The notes under the pieces were generated by a model. The model saw only the letters and a program-made list of their open reading frames with translations, did no database searches and had not been told where the DNA came from. A stretch of DNA of 64,000 nucleotides from Thermoanaerobaculia bacterium (GTDB lineage Bacteria; Acidobacteriota; Thermoanaerobaculia; UBA5066). A program made the position numbers and the translations under genes. The stretch lies in the NCBI GenBank assembly GCA_963719225.1, contig CAVRAY010000001.1, positions 1,856,001 through 1,920,000 of the forward strand. The letters are read 5' to 3'. Shown piece by piece: positions 39,740-48,722 of the stretch. How positions within the stretch are numbered: position 1 is the stretch's first letter; every line of letters begins with the position of its first letter.

Positions 39740-40024
39740 ATGCGACTCAGTCTCAAGACAGGGCCGAAGGGGCACCGGCGACCGGCGAGCCTCGACGACC
39801 TCGTTCCCGGGGCATCCGGCATCCTCACCCGGATCGACCTGCCGGAGGCTGACGCGACACGCCTCATGGAGATCGGGTTCCTGCCCGGAGCGCGCATCGT
39901 TGCGGCCCGGAGCGCGCCCGGCGGCGACCCGCGGGTCTTCCGCGTGGATGGCACCGAGTTCGCCCTGAGGCGCGACACGGCGCGGCGCCTTCTCGTCGAG
40001 GTCTCCCGGGAGGGAGCGGCGTGA
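39740..40024 (+). CDS. feoA: Ferrous iron transport protein A
   Basis: RLMEIGFLPG, APGGDP, FALRR; upstream of feoB; start uncertain. Confidence 0.9.
   Translation: MRLSLKTGPKGHRRPASLDDLVPGASGILTRIDLPEADATRLMEIGFLPGARIVAARSAPGGDPRVFRVDGTEFALRRDTARRLLVEVSREGAA
39741..39755. promoter_or_regulatory. Fur-like 7-1-7 inverted repeat at the feoA start
   Basis: TGCGACT-C-AGTCTCA (1 mismatch), just downstream of CATAAT (39727-39732). Confidence 0.5.
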
Positions 40025-41931
40025 GCGCGCACGGCTCCGCGGGCCTCCCGACTCTGCCGACGCGCCCGCCCCTTCCTCCGTACACGCCGCCGTCGCGCGT
40101 CCCGCGCCTCGTCGCGCTCGTCGGTCCGCCGAACTCCGGCAAGTCGACGCTCTTCAACCGGCTCACCGGCCTGAGGCAGCACGTCGCGAACTTCCCGGGC
40201 GTCACCGTGGAGGAGCGTCGCGGGGTCGCCCGTCTCGAGGGCGACCGCGTGGTCGTGCTCGTCGACCTGCCGGGCGTCTACAGCCTGTCGCCGCGGTCCG
40301 AGGACGAACGCGTCACGCACGACGTCCTCAAGGGCGAGATGGAAGGGATGGCGAAGCCCGACGCCGTGCTCCTCATCCTCGACTCGACGAACCTGAACCG
40401 GCATCTCGTTCTGGCCGCGCCGATTCTCGCGCTCGGGCTTCCGACCTTCGTCGTCCTCAACATGGCGGACGAGCTGTCGAGCCGCGGGGGCACGGTGGAT
40501 GCCGAAGCGCTCGCGACACGCCTCGGAGTCCCCGTCGCGCTCGTGAGCGCGTCCAAGGGCCAGGGCCTCGAGATGGTGCGCGAATTCCTGAACGGAGCCG
40601 TCGGCGTGCCGCCCTCTCTCGATCTGCCCGTCCTCGCCGACATTCCGAAGTGCCGGCAGTGGGCCGTGGCGATGGGGGACGAGGCCCGTTACGCCGCGCC
40701 CGCGCCGCCGGTGTGGACTCGGCGCCTGGACGCGGTGTTCCTGCATCCCGTCGCGGGGCCCCTCGTCTTTCTCGCGGTCGTCGTCGCGGTGTTCCAGACG
40801 ATCTTCTCGGCGGCCCGGCCGCTCATGGACGCGGTGGACTACGCCGTGCGGGCGTCCGGAGCGTGGCTGTCGGGGATCCTCCCGGCGTCCCTGCTCAAGT
40901 CTCTCCTCCTCGAGGGCGTCTGGGGCGGCGTGGGCTCGGTCGTGATCTTTCTGCCGCAGATTCTGCTGCTCTTCCTCTTCATCGGCCTCCTCGAGGATTC
41001 GGGCTACCTCGCACGTGCCGCGCTCATCGCCGATCGCACGATGCGAAAAGCGGGCCTGCAGGGGAAGTCGTTCCTGCCGCTCCTCTCGGCGTACGCGTGC
41101 GCCGTGCCGGCGGTCATGGCGTCCCGGACGATCGAGAACAAGCGCGATCGCATCGCGACGATCCTCATCGCGCCGTTCATGACGTGCTCGGCGCGGCTGC
41201 CCGTCTACACGCTGATCATCGCGGCTTTCCTGCCGGAGCGCCCCCTGCTCGGCCCGTTCCTCGGCACCCGCGCGGCCGCGATGCTCGGCCTCTACCTTCT
41301 GGGCTTTCTCGCGGCGTTCGGCACGGCGCGACTTCTGAAATCGTCCGTCCTGAAGAGCGACGGTGCGCCGTTCCTCCTCGAGATGCCGCCCTACCGGCGC
41401 CCGACGCTTCGTCAGATCGGCCTCAGGATGTACGACCGGGCGAAGATCTTCCTCCGCCGCGCGGGCACCGTGATCCTGGGCGTCGCGATCGTCCTCTGGG
41501 TCCTCGCCCACCTGCCGCTCAGCGGCGGAAAGCTGCCCGAAATCGCCAACAGCGTGGCGGGCACGATCGGCCGCGCGATCGAGCCTTTCGTGCGGCCGCT
41601 CGGCTTCGACTGGCGCATCGGTATCGGAATCGTGATGTCGCTCGCCGCCCGCGAGGTCATCGTCGGGACGCTCGGCACGCTCTACGGCATGGATCCCAAG
41701 GCGGGGAGTGAAGGCCTGCAGGCGGCGCTCCGGCACGACCTCACGGCCGGCGGAGCGGTCGCTCTTCTCGTGTTCTTCGCGTTCGCGATGCAGTGCCTTT
41801 CCACGGTCGCGGTCGTGAGGCGCGAGACCGGCGGCTGGAAGTGGCCGGCGATCCAGTTCGCGTACATGGGCCTTCTCGCCTACTCCGGCGCCTATCTCGC
41901 GAATCGGATCGTGACGCTTTTCCTGGGCTGA
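40021..41931 (+). CDS. feoB: Ferrous iron transport protein B
   Basis: GPPNSGKS, NFPGVT, DLPG, NMAD, EDSGYLAR, CSARLPVY. Confidence 0.96.
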   Translation: MSAHGSAGLPTLPTRPPLPPYTPPSRVPRLVALVGPPNSGKSTLFNRLTGLRQHVANFPGVTVEERRGVARLEGDRVVVLVDLPGVYSLSPRSEDERVTHDVLKGEMEGMAKPDAVLLILDSTNLNRHLVLAAPILALGLPTFVVLNMADELSSRGGTVDAEALATRLGVPVALVSASKGQGLEMVREFLNGAVGVPPSLDLPVLADIPKCRQWAVAMGDEARYAAPAPPVWTRRLDAVFLHPVAGPLVFLAVVVAVFQTIFSAARPLMDAVDYAVRASGAWLSGILPASLLKSLLLEGVWGGVGSVVIFLPQILLLFLFIGLLEDSGYLARAALIADRTMRKAGLQGKSFLPLLSAYACAVPAVMASRTIENKRDRIATILIAPFMTCSARLPVYTLIIAAFLPERPLLGPFLGTRAAAMLGLYLLGFLAAFGTARLLKSSVLKSDGAPFLLEMPPYRRPTLRQIGLRMYDRAKIFLRRAGTVILGVAIVLWVLAHLPLSGGKLPEIANSVAGTIGRAIEPFVRPLGFDWRIGIGIVMSLAAREVIVGTLGTLYGMDPKAGSEGLQAALRHDLTAGGAVALLVFFAFAMQCLSTVAVVRRETGGWKWPAIQFAYMGLLAYSGAYLANRIVTLFLG

Positions 41932-41936
41932 AGACG

Positions 41937-42155
41937 TCAGGCGACTGCCGATTTCCGCTTGTAGTGCACCCCTGCGGCCCGCGTCGCTTCGCCGGCGGCG
42001 ATCGCCGTTTCGCAATACATCCCGAGGTCTTGCAATGTCTTACAGGTCTCAGAGCCACAGACGGGGCAGGAAATGCAGCTATGTGCGGGTATTGGGGTAG
42101 AGGACTTCCGCCGGGTTCTTCGGGGGCTCTGTGCCGGCATTCGTTTCGCGCTCAT
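41937..42155 (-). CDS. Possible small Cys-rich protein
   Basis: GAGGTG RBS-like sequence; CISCPVC..C..C; atypical codon usage. Confidence 0.3.
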   Translation of the reverse strand: MSAKRMPAQSPRRTRRKSSTPIPAHSCISCPVCGSETCKTLQDLGMYCETAIAAGEATRAAGVHYKRKSAVA

Positions 42156-42237
42156 CTTTCACCTCCGTGAGCAGGGCTCCCGGAGACAATATAGGGGGTA
42201 TTACGCGCTGCGTCAATAGTCGGCTCGAGTAAGCATC

Positions 42238-42272
42238 TTGACAGCAGATGAAGACGGCATCATGATGCCTCC
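42238..42272 (+). promoter_or_regulatory. Promoter with palindromic operator of VapBC module 2
   Basis: TTGACA (42238-42243)-17 bp-CATGAT (42261-42266); perfect palindrome GGCATCATGATGCC 42256-42269. Confidence 0.75.
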
Positions 42273-42542
42273 GTGAGAACCACGGTCACTCTCGAGCAGG
42301 ACCTGGCAGACAAGCTCAAGGAGTACGCGCGCCGAAGGCGCGCTTCCTTCAAGGTCGCGCTGAACACGGTTCTTCGCCGCGGGCTCGCCGCCCAGGAGCC
42401 GGCGCCCTCGCCGCGACGCCGCTTCGCCATCGAGCCCCATTCGAGCCGTCTCCGTCCGGGTGTCGACCCCGGCAAGCTGAACCAGATCGTGGACCGGCTC
42501 GATGCGGAGGACTTCGTTCACGAGACGCGGTCGGATCGATGA
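42273..42542 (+). CDS. VapB-type antitoxin
   Basis: MRTTVTLEQDL..SFKVALN..LRRGL. Confidence 0.85.
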   Translation: MRTTVTLEQDLADKLKEYARRRRASFKVALNTVLRRGLAAQEPAPSPRRRFAIEPHSSRLRPGVDPGKLNQIVDRLDAEDFVHETRSDR

Positions 42543-42964
42543 TCCTGCCGGACATCAATCTCCTCGTCTTCGCGTACAACCGGCACGCGCCTCACCATGT
42601 CGAAGCGAGAGCGTGGTGGGAAGGACTGCTCAACGGTTCCGACCCCGTGGGGCTTCCCTGGGCCGTCGTGTGCGGGTTCGTCCGCCTGATGACGCACCCC
42701 GCTGTCCTCGTCAGCCCTCTCGACCCGGGACGAACCCTTCACCACGTTCGGTCGTGGTTCGACCGGCCCGTCGTCGAGGTCCTCGAGCCCGGCCCACGGC
42801 ACCTGGAAATCCTCGAACGACTTCTGACGACCGTCGGCGTCGCGGCAAACCTGACGACGGATGCGCACCTCGCGGCCATCGCGATCGAGCACCAGTGCGA
42901 GCTGCATTCGAACGACGCGGACTTCGCCCGATTCCCCGGCTTGCGATGGCGGAATCCGTGTTGA
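42539..42964 (+). CDS. VapC PIN-domain toxin
   Basis: ILPDINLLVFA, TDAHLAAIAIE, SNDADFARFPGL.W.NP. Confidence 0.92.
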   Translation: MILPDINLLVFAYNRHAPHHVEARAWWEGLLNGSDPVGLPWAVVCGFVRLMTHPAVLVSPLDPGRTLHHVRSWFDRPVVEVLEPGPRHLEILERLLTTVGVAANLTTDAHLAAIAIEHQCELHSNDADFARFPGLRWRNPC

Positions 42965-42970
42965 CGGGAC

Positions 42971-45900
42971 TCAGCGCCACTCGTCCTCGACGAGAGCGGC
43001 CGCGGCCGGAGTCTCCTTGGGAACGGGATGCGTCATGCCCGCGTCCGCCATCTTTCCGCGCCGGCGCTTGAGCCGCTCGGCGAGCTGGTCCATGTAGACG
43101 TAGAAGACCGGCGTGACGTAGAGCGTGATCATCTGGGAGAAGAGGAGGCCGCCGACGACAGCGAGGCCGAGAGGCCGCCGCGCTTCGGCGCCCGCGCCGA
43201 AGCCGAACGCGATCGGAAGCGTGCCCATGAGCGCGGACATCGTCGTCATCATGATCGGGCGGAAGCGCACGACGCAGGCTTCGACGATCGCCTCCTCGGC
43301 GCTCTTGCCCGCGCGGCGACCTTCGACGGCGAAGTCGACCATCATGATTCCGTTCTTCTTCACGAGGCCGACGAGCAGGATGATTCCCACGAAGGCGTAG
43401 ATCGAGAGCTCCACCTTGAAGACGAGGAGCGTGAGCAGCGCTCCGAAGCCCGCGAAGGGCAGAGCCGACAGGATCGTGAGAGGGTGCAGGAAGTCCTCGT
43501 AGAGGATGCCGAGCACCGTGTAGATCACGAGGATCGCGATGAGGAGCAGGAGCCCGAGCCCTTTCTGCGACGCCTCGAAGGCCTGCGCGGTCCCCTGGAA
43601 CGTCGTCTGAATGGTGGCGGGCAGCGTCGCGCGCGCGACCTTGTTGATCTCCACCACGGCGTTACCGAGCGAAACTTCGGGCGGCAGGTTGAAGGAGATC
43701 GTCACGGCCGGGAGCTGCCCCGCGTGATTGACGGCGAGGGGGCCCACGGTCTTCTCGAGCTTCGTGAGCGCCGAGAGCGGAACGAGATCGCCTTTCCTCG
43801 ACCGCACGTACAGGAGCTGGAACGCCGACGGATCCCTCTGGAACTGCGGCATCAGCTCCATGATCACCTGGTACTCGTTGTTGGGAGAGTAGATCGTCGA
43901 GATCTGGCGTGACCCGTACGCCGTGTAGAGCGCGTTCTCGATGGACTCCGGCGTGACCCCGAGCGCGGCCGTCCGGTCGCGGTCGATCGTGAGATAGGCC
44001 GTCGGGTTGCGGAGCTGGAGGTCGCTGTTCACGTCCTGGAGTCCCTTGATCCCGCGCATCTTCTCCTCGAGGAGAGGGGCCACCTGGTAGAGGTCCTTCG
44101 TGTCGGAGGCCTGCAGCGTGAACTGGTACTGCGCCCTCGTCAGCGCTCCCCCGAGCCGGATCGGAGGCAGGTTCTGGGGATAGACCCGGATTCCGGGGAT
44201 CTGCGCGAGCCTCGGGCGGAGCTGCTGGATGATCTGGTCGGCCGAGAGCTTCCGCTCGTCGCGGGGCTTCAGCCGCATGAATATCGTGCCCGTGTTCCCG
44301 CCCTGAACGTTGTTGCCGCGGTTGCCGCAGCTCGACATGAAGCCTTCGACGTTCGGATCGTTCCGCACGACCTCGGCGGCCGCCTTCTGGTGCTGGACCA
44401 TCGCTTCGAACGAGATGCCCTGCGCCGCCTCCGTGGGGGCGAAGATCTGTCCCGTGTCGGAGCTCGGGATGAAGCCCTTCGGGACGATCATGAAGAGCCC
44501 GATCGTGGCGAGAAGGATGAGAGCGGAGAAGGCCAGCATCAGCCGTTTCCACCTCAGCGCCAGCTTCAGCCCGCGCTCGTAGAACGAGAGGGACGCGTCG
44601 AACGCGCGCTCGGAGGCCACGTAGAGGCGCCCGCGCTCCTCCTTTTCGCGGTGAGCCTTCAGGTAGCGGGCGCAGAGCATGGGCGTGAGCGTCAGCGACA
44701 CGAAGCCGGAAACCAGGACCGCCACGGTGATCGTGACCGCGAACTCCCGGAAGAGGCGGCCGATGATCCCGCCCATGAAGAGGAGAGGAATGAAAACGGC
44801 CGTCAGGGAAAGCGTCATCGAGACGATCGTGAAGCCGATCTCCTTCGTGCCGTTCAGGGCCGCCTCGAAGGGCTGCTCGCCCATCTCGATGTGCCGGACG
44901 ATGTTCTCGAGGACGACGATCGCGTCGTCCACGACGAATCCCACCGAGAGCGTGAGCGCCATCAGCGACAGGTTGTCCATGCTGTAGCCGAGCGCGTACA
45001 TCGCGGCGAACGTCCCGGCGATCGAGAGCGGCAGGGCCAGCGACGGGATGACGGTCGCCGAAAGGTTCCTCAGGAACAGGAAGATCACCATGACGACGAG
45101 CGCGAGCGTCAGCCACAGCGTGAACTTGACGTCCGAGACGGATTCCCGGATGGACTGCGAGCGGTCGAAGAGGATATTGAGCTTCGCCGAGCCCGGGAGC
45201 ATGCCCTCGAACACGGGGATCAGCTTCCTGACGTTCGAGACGACCTCGACCGTGTTCTCGCCGGGCTGCTTCTGGATCGCGAGGACGATGGCACGCGTCG
45301 GGCCGGTCTTGTCGACGTACCACGACGCCGTCTTGTCGTTCTCGACGCTGTCGATGGCGCGGCCGATGTCCTTGACCCTCACCGGCGACCCGTTCCGGTA
45401 GGCGACGATGAGCGGCCCGTATTCGGCGGCCTCCGTGAGCTGGCCCGTGGCCTGCACCGTGTACGCCGTGTTCGGGCCCCAGAGCGTTCCCGTCGGGATG
45501 TTCACGTTCGCGGCGGCGACGGCGGCCGAGGCTTCGTCGATCCCGATGCCCCTGTAGGCGAGCGCCTGCGGGTCGACCTGCACGCGCACGGCGTATTTCT
45601 GCGCGCCGAACACCTGCACCTGCGCGACGCCCGAGACCGTCGAGATACGCTGCGCCATGATCGTCTCGGCGTATTCGTCGAGCGTCGACAGGGCGAGCGT
45701 CGGCGAGGTCAGGGCCATGTAGATGATGGGCTGGTCGGCCGGATTGACCTTCTGATACGTCGGCGGGCTCGGCATCCCGGGCGGGAGCTGGCGCGAAGCG
45801 GCACCGATCGCGGCCTGGACGTCCTGTGCGGCCGCGTCGAGGTTGCGGCTCAGGCTGAACTGCAGCGTCACCTGCGTGACGCCGAGGATGCTCGTGGAGT

Positions 45901-46141
45901 TCATGTTGTCGAGGCCGGCGATCGTCGTGAACTGCCTTTCGAGCGGCGTCGCGACCGCGGAGGCCATCGTCTCGGGGCTGGCTCCCGGGAGCGCCGCCGT
46001 CACCTGGATCGTCGGAAAATCCACGTTCGGCAGGTCCGAGACCGGAAGCAGCCGGTAGCCCACGATACCGAAGAAGAGGATCGCCAGCATGACGAGCGTC
46101 GTGGCGACCGGGCGCCGGATGAAGAGCTCGGAAATATTCAT
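42971..46141 (-). CDS. RND efflux permease (MdtB/MdtC-like)
   Basis: FIRRPVATTL, GFVVDDAIVVLEN, KKNGIMMVDFA, RFRPIMMTT. Confidence 0.96.
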   Translation of the reverse strand: MNISELFIRRPVATTLVMLAILFFGIVGYRLLPVSDLPNVDFPTIQVTAALPGASPETMASAVATPLERQFTTIAGLDNMNSTSILGVTQVTLQFSLSRNLDAAAQDVQAAIGAASRQLPPGMPSPPTYQKVNPADQPIIYMALTSPTLALSTLDEYAETIMAQRISTVSGVAQVQVFGAQKYAVRVQVDPQALAYRGIGIDEASAAVAAANVNIPTGTLWGPNTAYTVQATGQLTEAAEYGPLIVAYRNGSPVRVKDIGRAIDSVENDKTASWYVDKTGPTRAIVLAIQKQPGENTVEVVSNVRKLIPVFEGMLPGSAKLNILFDRSQSIRESVSDVKFTLWLTLALVVMVIFLFLRNLSATVIPSLALPLSIAGTFAAMYALGYSMDNLSLMALTLSVGFVVDDAIVVLENIVRHIEMGEQPFEAALNGTKEIGFTIVSMTLSLTAVFIPLLFMGGIIGRLFREFAVTITVAVLVSGFVSLTLTPMLCARYLKAHREKEERGRLYVASERAFDASLSFYERGLKLALRWKRLMLAFSALILLATIGLFMIVPKGFIPSSDTGQIFAPTEAAQGISFEAMVQHQKAAAEVVRNDPNVEGFMSSCGNRGNNVQGGNTGTIFMRLKPRDERKLSADQIIQQLRPRLAQIPGIRVYPQNLPPIRLGGALTRAQYQFTLQASDTKDLYQVAPLLEEKMRGIKGLQDVNSDLQLRNPTAYLTIDRDRTAALGVTPESIENALYTAYGSRQISTIYSPNNEYQVIMELMPQFQRDPSAFQLLYVRSRKGDLVPLSALTKLEKTVGPLAVNHAGQLPAVTISFNLPPEVSLGNAVVEINKVARATLPATIQTTFQGTAQAFEASQKGLGLLLLIAILVIYTVLGILYEDFLHPLTILSALPFAGFGALLTLLVFKVELSIYAFVGIILLVGLVKKNGIMMVDFAVEGRRAGKSAEEAIVEACVVRFRPIMMTTMSALMGTLPIAFGFGAGAEARRPLGLAVVGGLLFSQMITLYVTPVFYVYMDQLAERLKRRRGKMADAGMTHPVPKETPAAAALVEDEWR

Positions 46142-46157
46142 CCACGCCCTCTCCGGT

Positions 46158-47246
46158 TCACGTCTTGACCGTGACCTTCGCGCCGGGCGCGAGGCGGAGC
46201 TGTCCGTCGGTCACGACGCGCTCGCCGGAAGCGAGGCCCTTGTCGATGACGGACCATTGCTGCCAGGTGCGGCGGACCACGACGGACCTCGCTTCCACCG
46301 TGTCGTCCGCCTTGATGACGTACACGTACGAGCCCTGCTGCCCCGCCTGGACTGCGGGCGTCGGCGCGACGACGGAATTCGCCTCGGTCGCGAGGGTGAG
46401 CGAGACGTTCGTGAACTGCCCCGGCCAGAGAGCGCGGTCGCGGTTGGGAAACGTGGCCCTCAGGTTGATCGTGCCGGTGGCCGTGTCCACCGTGTTGTCG
46501 ATGAACGTGAGCGTGCCCTCGGAAGGCGTGAGGCCCGGTCCGTTCGGGAGAGCGCTCACTTTGAGGGCGCCGGCGGCCGCGCGCTTCTTGACGTCCGCGA
46601 GGACGGCCTCGGGCAGCGAGAACGTCACGTAGATCGGCTCGACCTGGTTGATCACGACGAGCGCGCGATCGTCGTTCGCCTTGATCATGTTGCCGGAGTG
46701 GACGAGAAGGCCGCCCGTCCGACCCGAGATCGGCGCCGCGATCTGGCAATACGCCACGTTCAGGCGCGCCGTCTCGACGGCAGCGTCGTCCGCCTTCACG
46801 GTGGCCTTCAGGGCATCGGCGTTCGCCTTCGCCTGCGAGAACTGCTCCTGCGTGACGTAGTCCTTCTTGACGAGCTCGGCGTAGCGCTTCAGGTTCTCTT
46901 CCGCCTCTCGGGCGCGGGCGCGGTCCCGCTCGAGGTTCGCTTCGGCCTCGGCGAGCGCGGACTGGTAGGGCCGGCGGTCGATCTCGAAGAGGAGATCTCC
47001 CTGCTTGACGTCCTGGCCTTCGCGGAAGCCGACCTTCGTGACCTCGCCGCCCACGCGCGTCCGCACCGCGACCGTCGAGAAGGCGTCCACGTGTCCGACC
47101 GCGACGGCCTCGAGCGGCACGTCCTTCTTCTCGACGACCGCGGCCGTGACGGGAAGAGCCGGCGGCGCCGCGGTTTTCCTGTCCTTTCCGCCGCAGGCGG
47201 CGAGAAAAGCGATCGAGACGAGAGCGGCCATAGGCCGGAGGTTCAT
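46158..47246 (-). CDS. RND periplasmic adaptor lipoprotein (MdtA-like)
   Basis: Lipobox LAAC, EGQDVKQGDLLFEID, IAAPISG, DTATGT, LWPGQF. Confidence 0.94.
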   Translation of the reverse strand: MNLRPMAALVSIAFLAACGGKDRKTAAPPALPVTAAVVEKKDVPLEAVAVGHVDAFSTVAVRTRVGGEVTKVGFREGQDVKQGDLLFEIDRRPYQSALAEAEANLERDRARAREAEENLKRYAELVKKDYVTQEQFSQAKANADALKATVKADDAAVETARLNVAYCQIAAPISGRTGGLLVHSGNMIKANDDRALVVINQVEPIYVTFSLPEAVLADVKKRAAAGALKVSALPNGPGLTPSEGTLTFIDNTVDTATGTINLRATFPNRDRALWPGQFTNVSLTLATEANSVVAPTPAVQAGQQGSYVYVIKADDTVEARSVVVRRTWQQWSVIDKGLASGERVVTDGQLRLAPGAKVTVKT

Positions 47247-48685
47247 GGAGTTCCCTTCTTTTCGGCTGCGGGCCCGAGGTCGACGGTTCCGGTGTCGTGT
47301 GCGAGCTGCGCGACGGCGAGGAGGAAGCCGGCGCGGCTCCTGACGTCCTGCGCGAGCGCGGTCGCGAGGGCGCTTTCGGCGGTCAAGAGATCCAGGATGC
47401 TTCCGACGCCCTCCTTGTAACGGCCCCGTGCCACCTCGGCGGACTCCTTCGAGCTCTCGAGGAGGTCGCGCGAGGCCCGAACCTGCTGCACGGCCGTCTG
47501 GAGATTGTAGTAGCTGCTCCAGACCTGGTAGATGACCTGCTGGGCGGCAGTCTCGGCCTGGGCGCCCGCGGCGTCGGCAAGCGCTTCGGCCTGACGCGTG
47601 TCGTACGCGGTCTTGAAGCCTGTGAAGACCGGCCAGCGGAAGAAGAGGCCGAGCGAGTAATTGTCGCCATACGTCAGCAGGGCGTCCGTGCCTTCGAACC
47701 ACGTGCGGTTGACCGAGGCTCCCAGGGAAAGCGTCGGCAGTCCGCCCGATTTCACGGAGCGCACGTGGCTCTGCGCGGCGAGTGCGCGGGAGCGCGCGGC
47801 CGCGAGGTCGGGTCGAAGCCGGCCGGCGTCCGCGATGAGGACATCGACGGAACGCACGACCTCGTCGACGTTCTGGTCCTCGGGCAGCGGGGCGGCGTCG
47901 ACGGGCAGGTCGATCGGGACGCCGAGCGCCGTCGTGAGCTGGCCGCGAAGCGTCTCGATCTGTCCCCGCACGGTCTCGTACGCGAGGCGCTGCTGCGAGA
48001 GGGACGTCCGGGCCTGGAGGACGTCGGCGATCGTCGCCACGCCGGCCCGGTGCCGCTCGTTCGCCGCGGCGTAGTTTTCCTCGGCCTGTTTGAGGCTCGC
48101 TTCCTGCGCCACGAGGAGCGCGCGGGCGCCCTGGTAGCTGTAATAGCTCTGCGCGACGAGGAGGATCAAGTCGTTCATCGCGGCGTTGTGCGTGAAATCG
48201 GCCGCGTAGAGCGATTGCTCCGCCTCGGCGATGTCGGCCGATCGGCCGCCGAGGTCGAGGACGAGAAAGCTCAGCGAGACCGTGGGCCCGTAGCTCGTGA
48301 GGAGCGTCGAGAGGCGCCCGCCGGAGGCGGTCTGCTTCTGCCGCACGGCCTGCGCATCGAGCTCGACGGCGGGGAAGAGGGCGGACCGCTTGCTTCCGAG
48401 CTCGGCCGCGGCGGAGCGCGCGAGGAGCCAGCTCTGCCTCGTGAGCGGGCTGTTCCGCAGCGCGACGTCGACCGCCTCGGAGAGGGAGACCGTCCGGCCC
48501 CTCAGCTTCTCGGGCGCGAGCTCCGGCGGCGGAGGCGCGGGCGTGGGAGTGGGCGCGAGCGCCGCGGAAGGAGGAATCCACCGCGTCGCGGGTGTGTCGG
48601 GCGCGTCGGCACCCTGATGAGCGCACCCGGCGAGGAAAACGGCCAAGCCAAGGGCAGCGAAAGCGCGAACGGCGGGTCCCCTCAC
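47243..48685 (-). CDS. TolC family outer-membrane efflux lipoprotein
   Basis: Lipobox LAGC, AVDVALRNSP, RPDL, RYKEGVGSILDLL. Confidence 0.93.
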   Translation of the reverse strand: MRGPAVRAFAALGLAVFLAGCAHQGADAPDTPATRWIPPSAALAPTPTPAPPPPELAPEKLRGRTVSLSEAVDVALRNSPLTRQSWLLARSAAAELGSKRSALFPAVELDAQAVRQKQTASGGRLSTLLTSYGPTVSLSFLVLDLGGRSADIAEAEQSLYAADFTHNAAMNDLILLVAQSYYSYQGARALLVAQEASLKQAEENYAAANERHRAGVATIADVLQARTSLSQQRLAYETVRGQIETLRGQLTTALGVPIDLPVDAAPLPEDQNVDEVVRSVDVLIADAGRLRPDLAAARSRALAAQSHVRSVKSGGLPTLSLGASVNRTWFEGTDALLTYGDNYSLGLFFRWPVFTGFKTAYDTRQAEALADAAGAQAETAAQQVIYQVWSSYYNLQTAVQQVRASRDLLESSKESAEVARGRYKEGVGSILDLLTAESALATALAQDVRSRAGFLLAVAQLAHDTGTVDLGPAAEKKGTP

Positions 48686-48722
48686 GATCCCGTTTTACCA
48701 TTGCCGCGTGGTGCGGCGTCCC

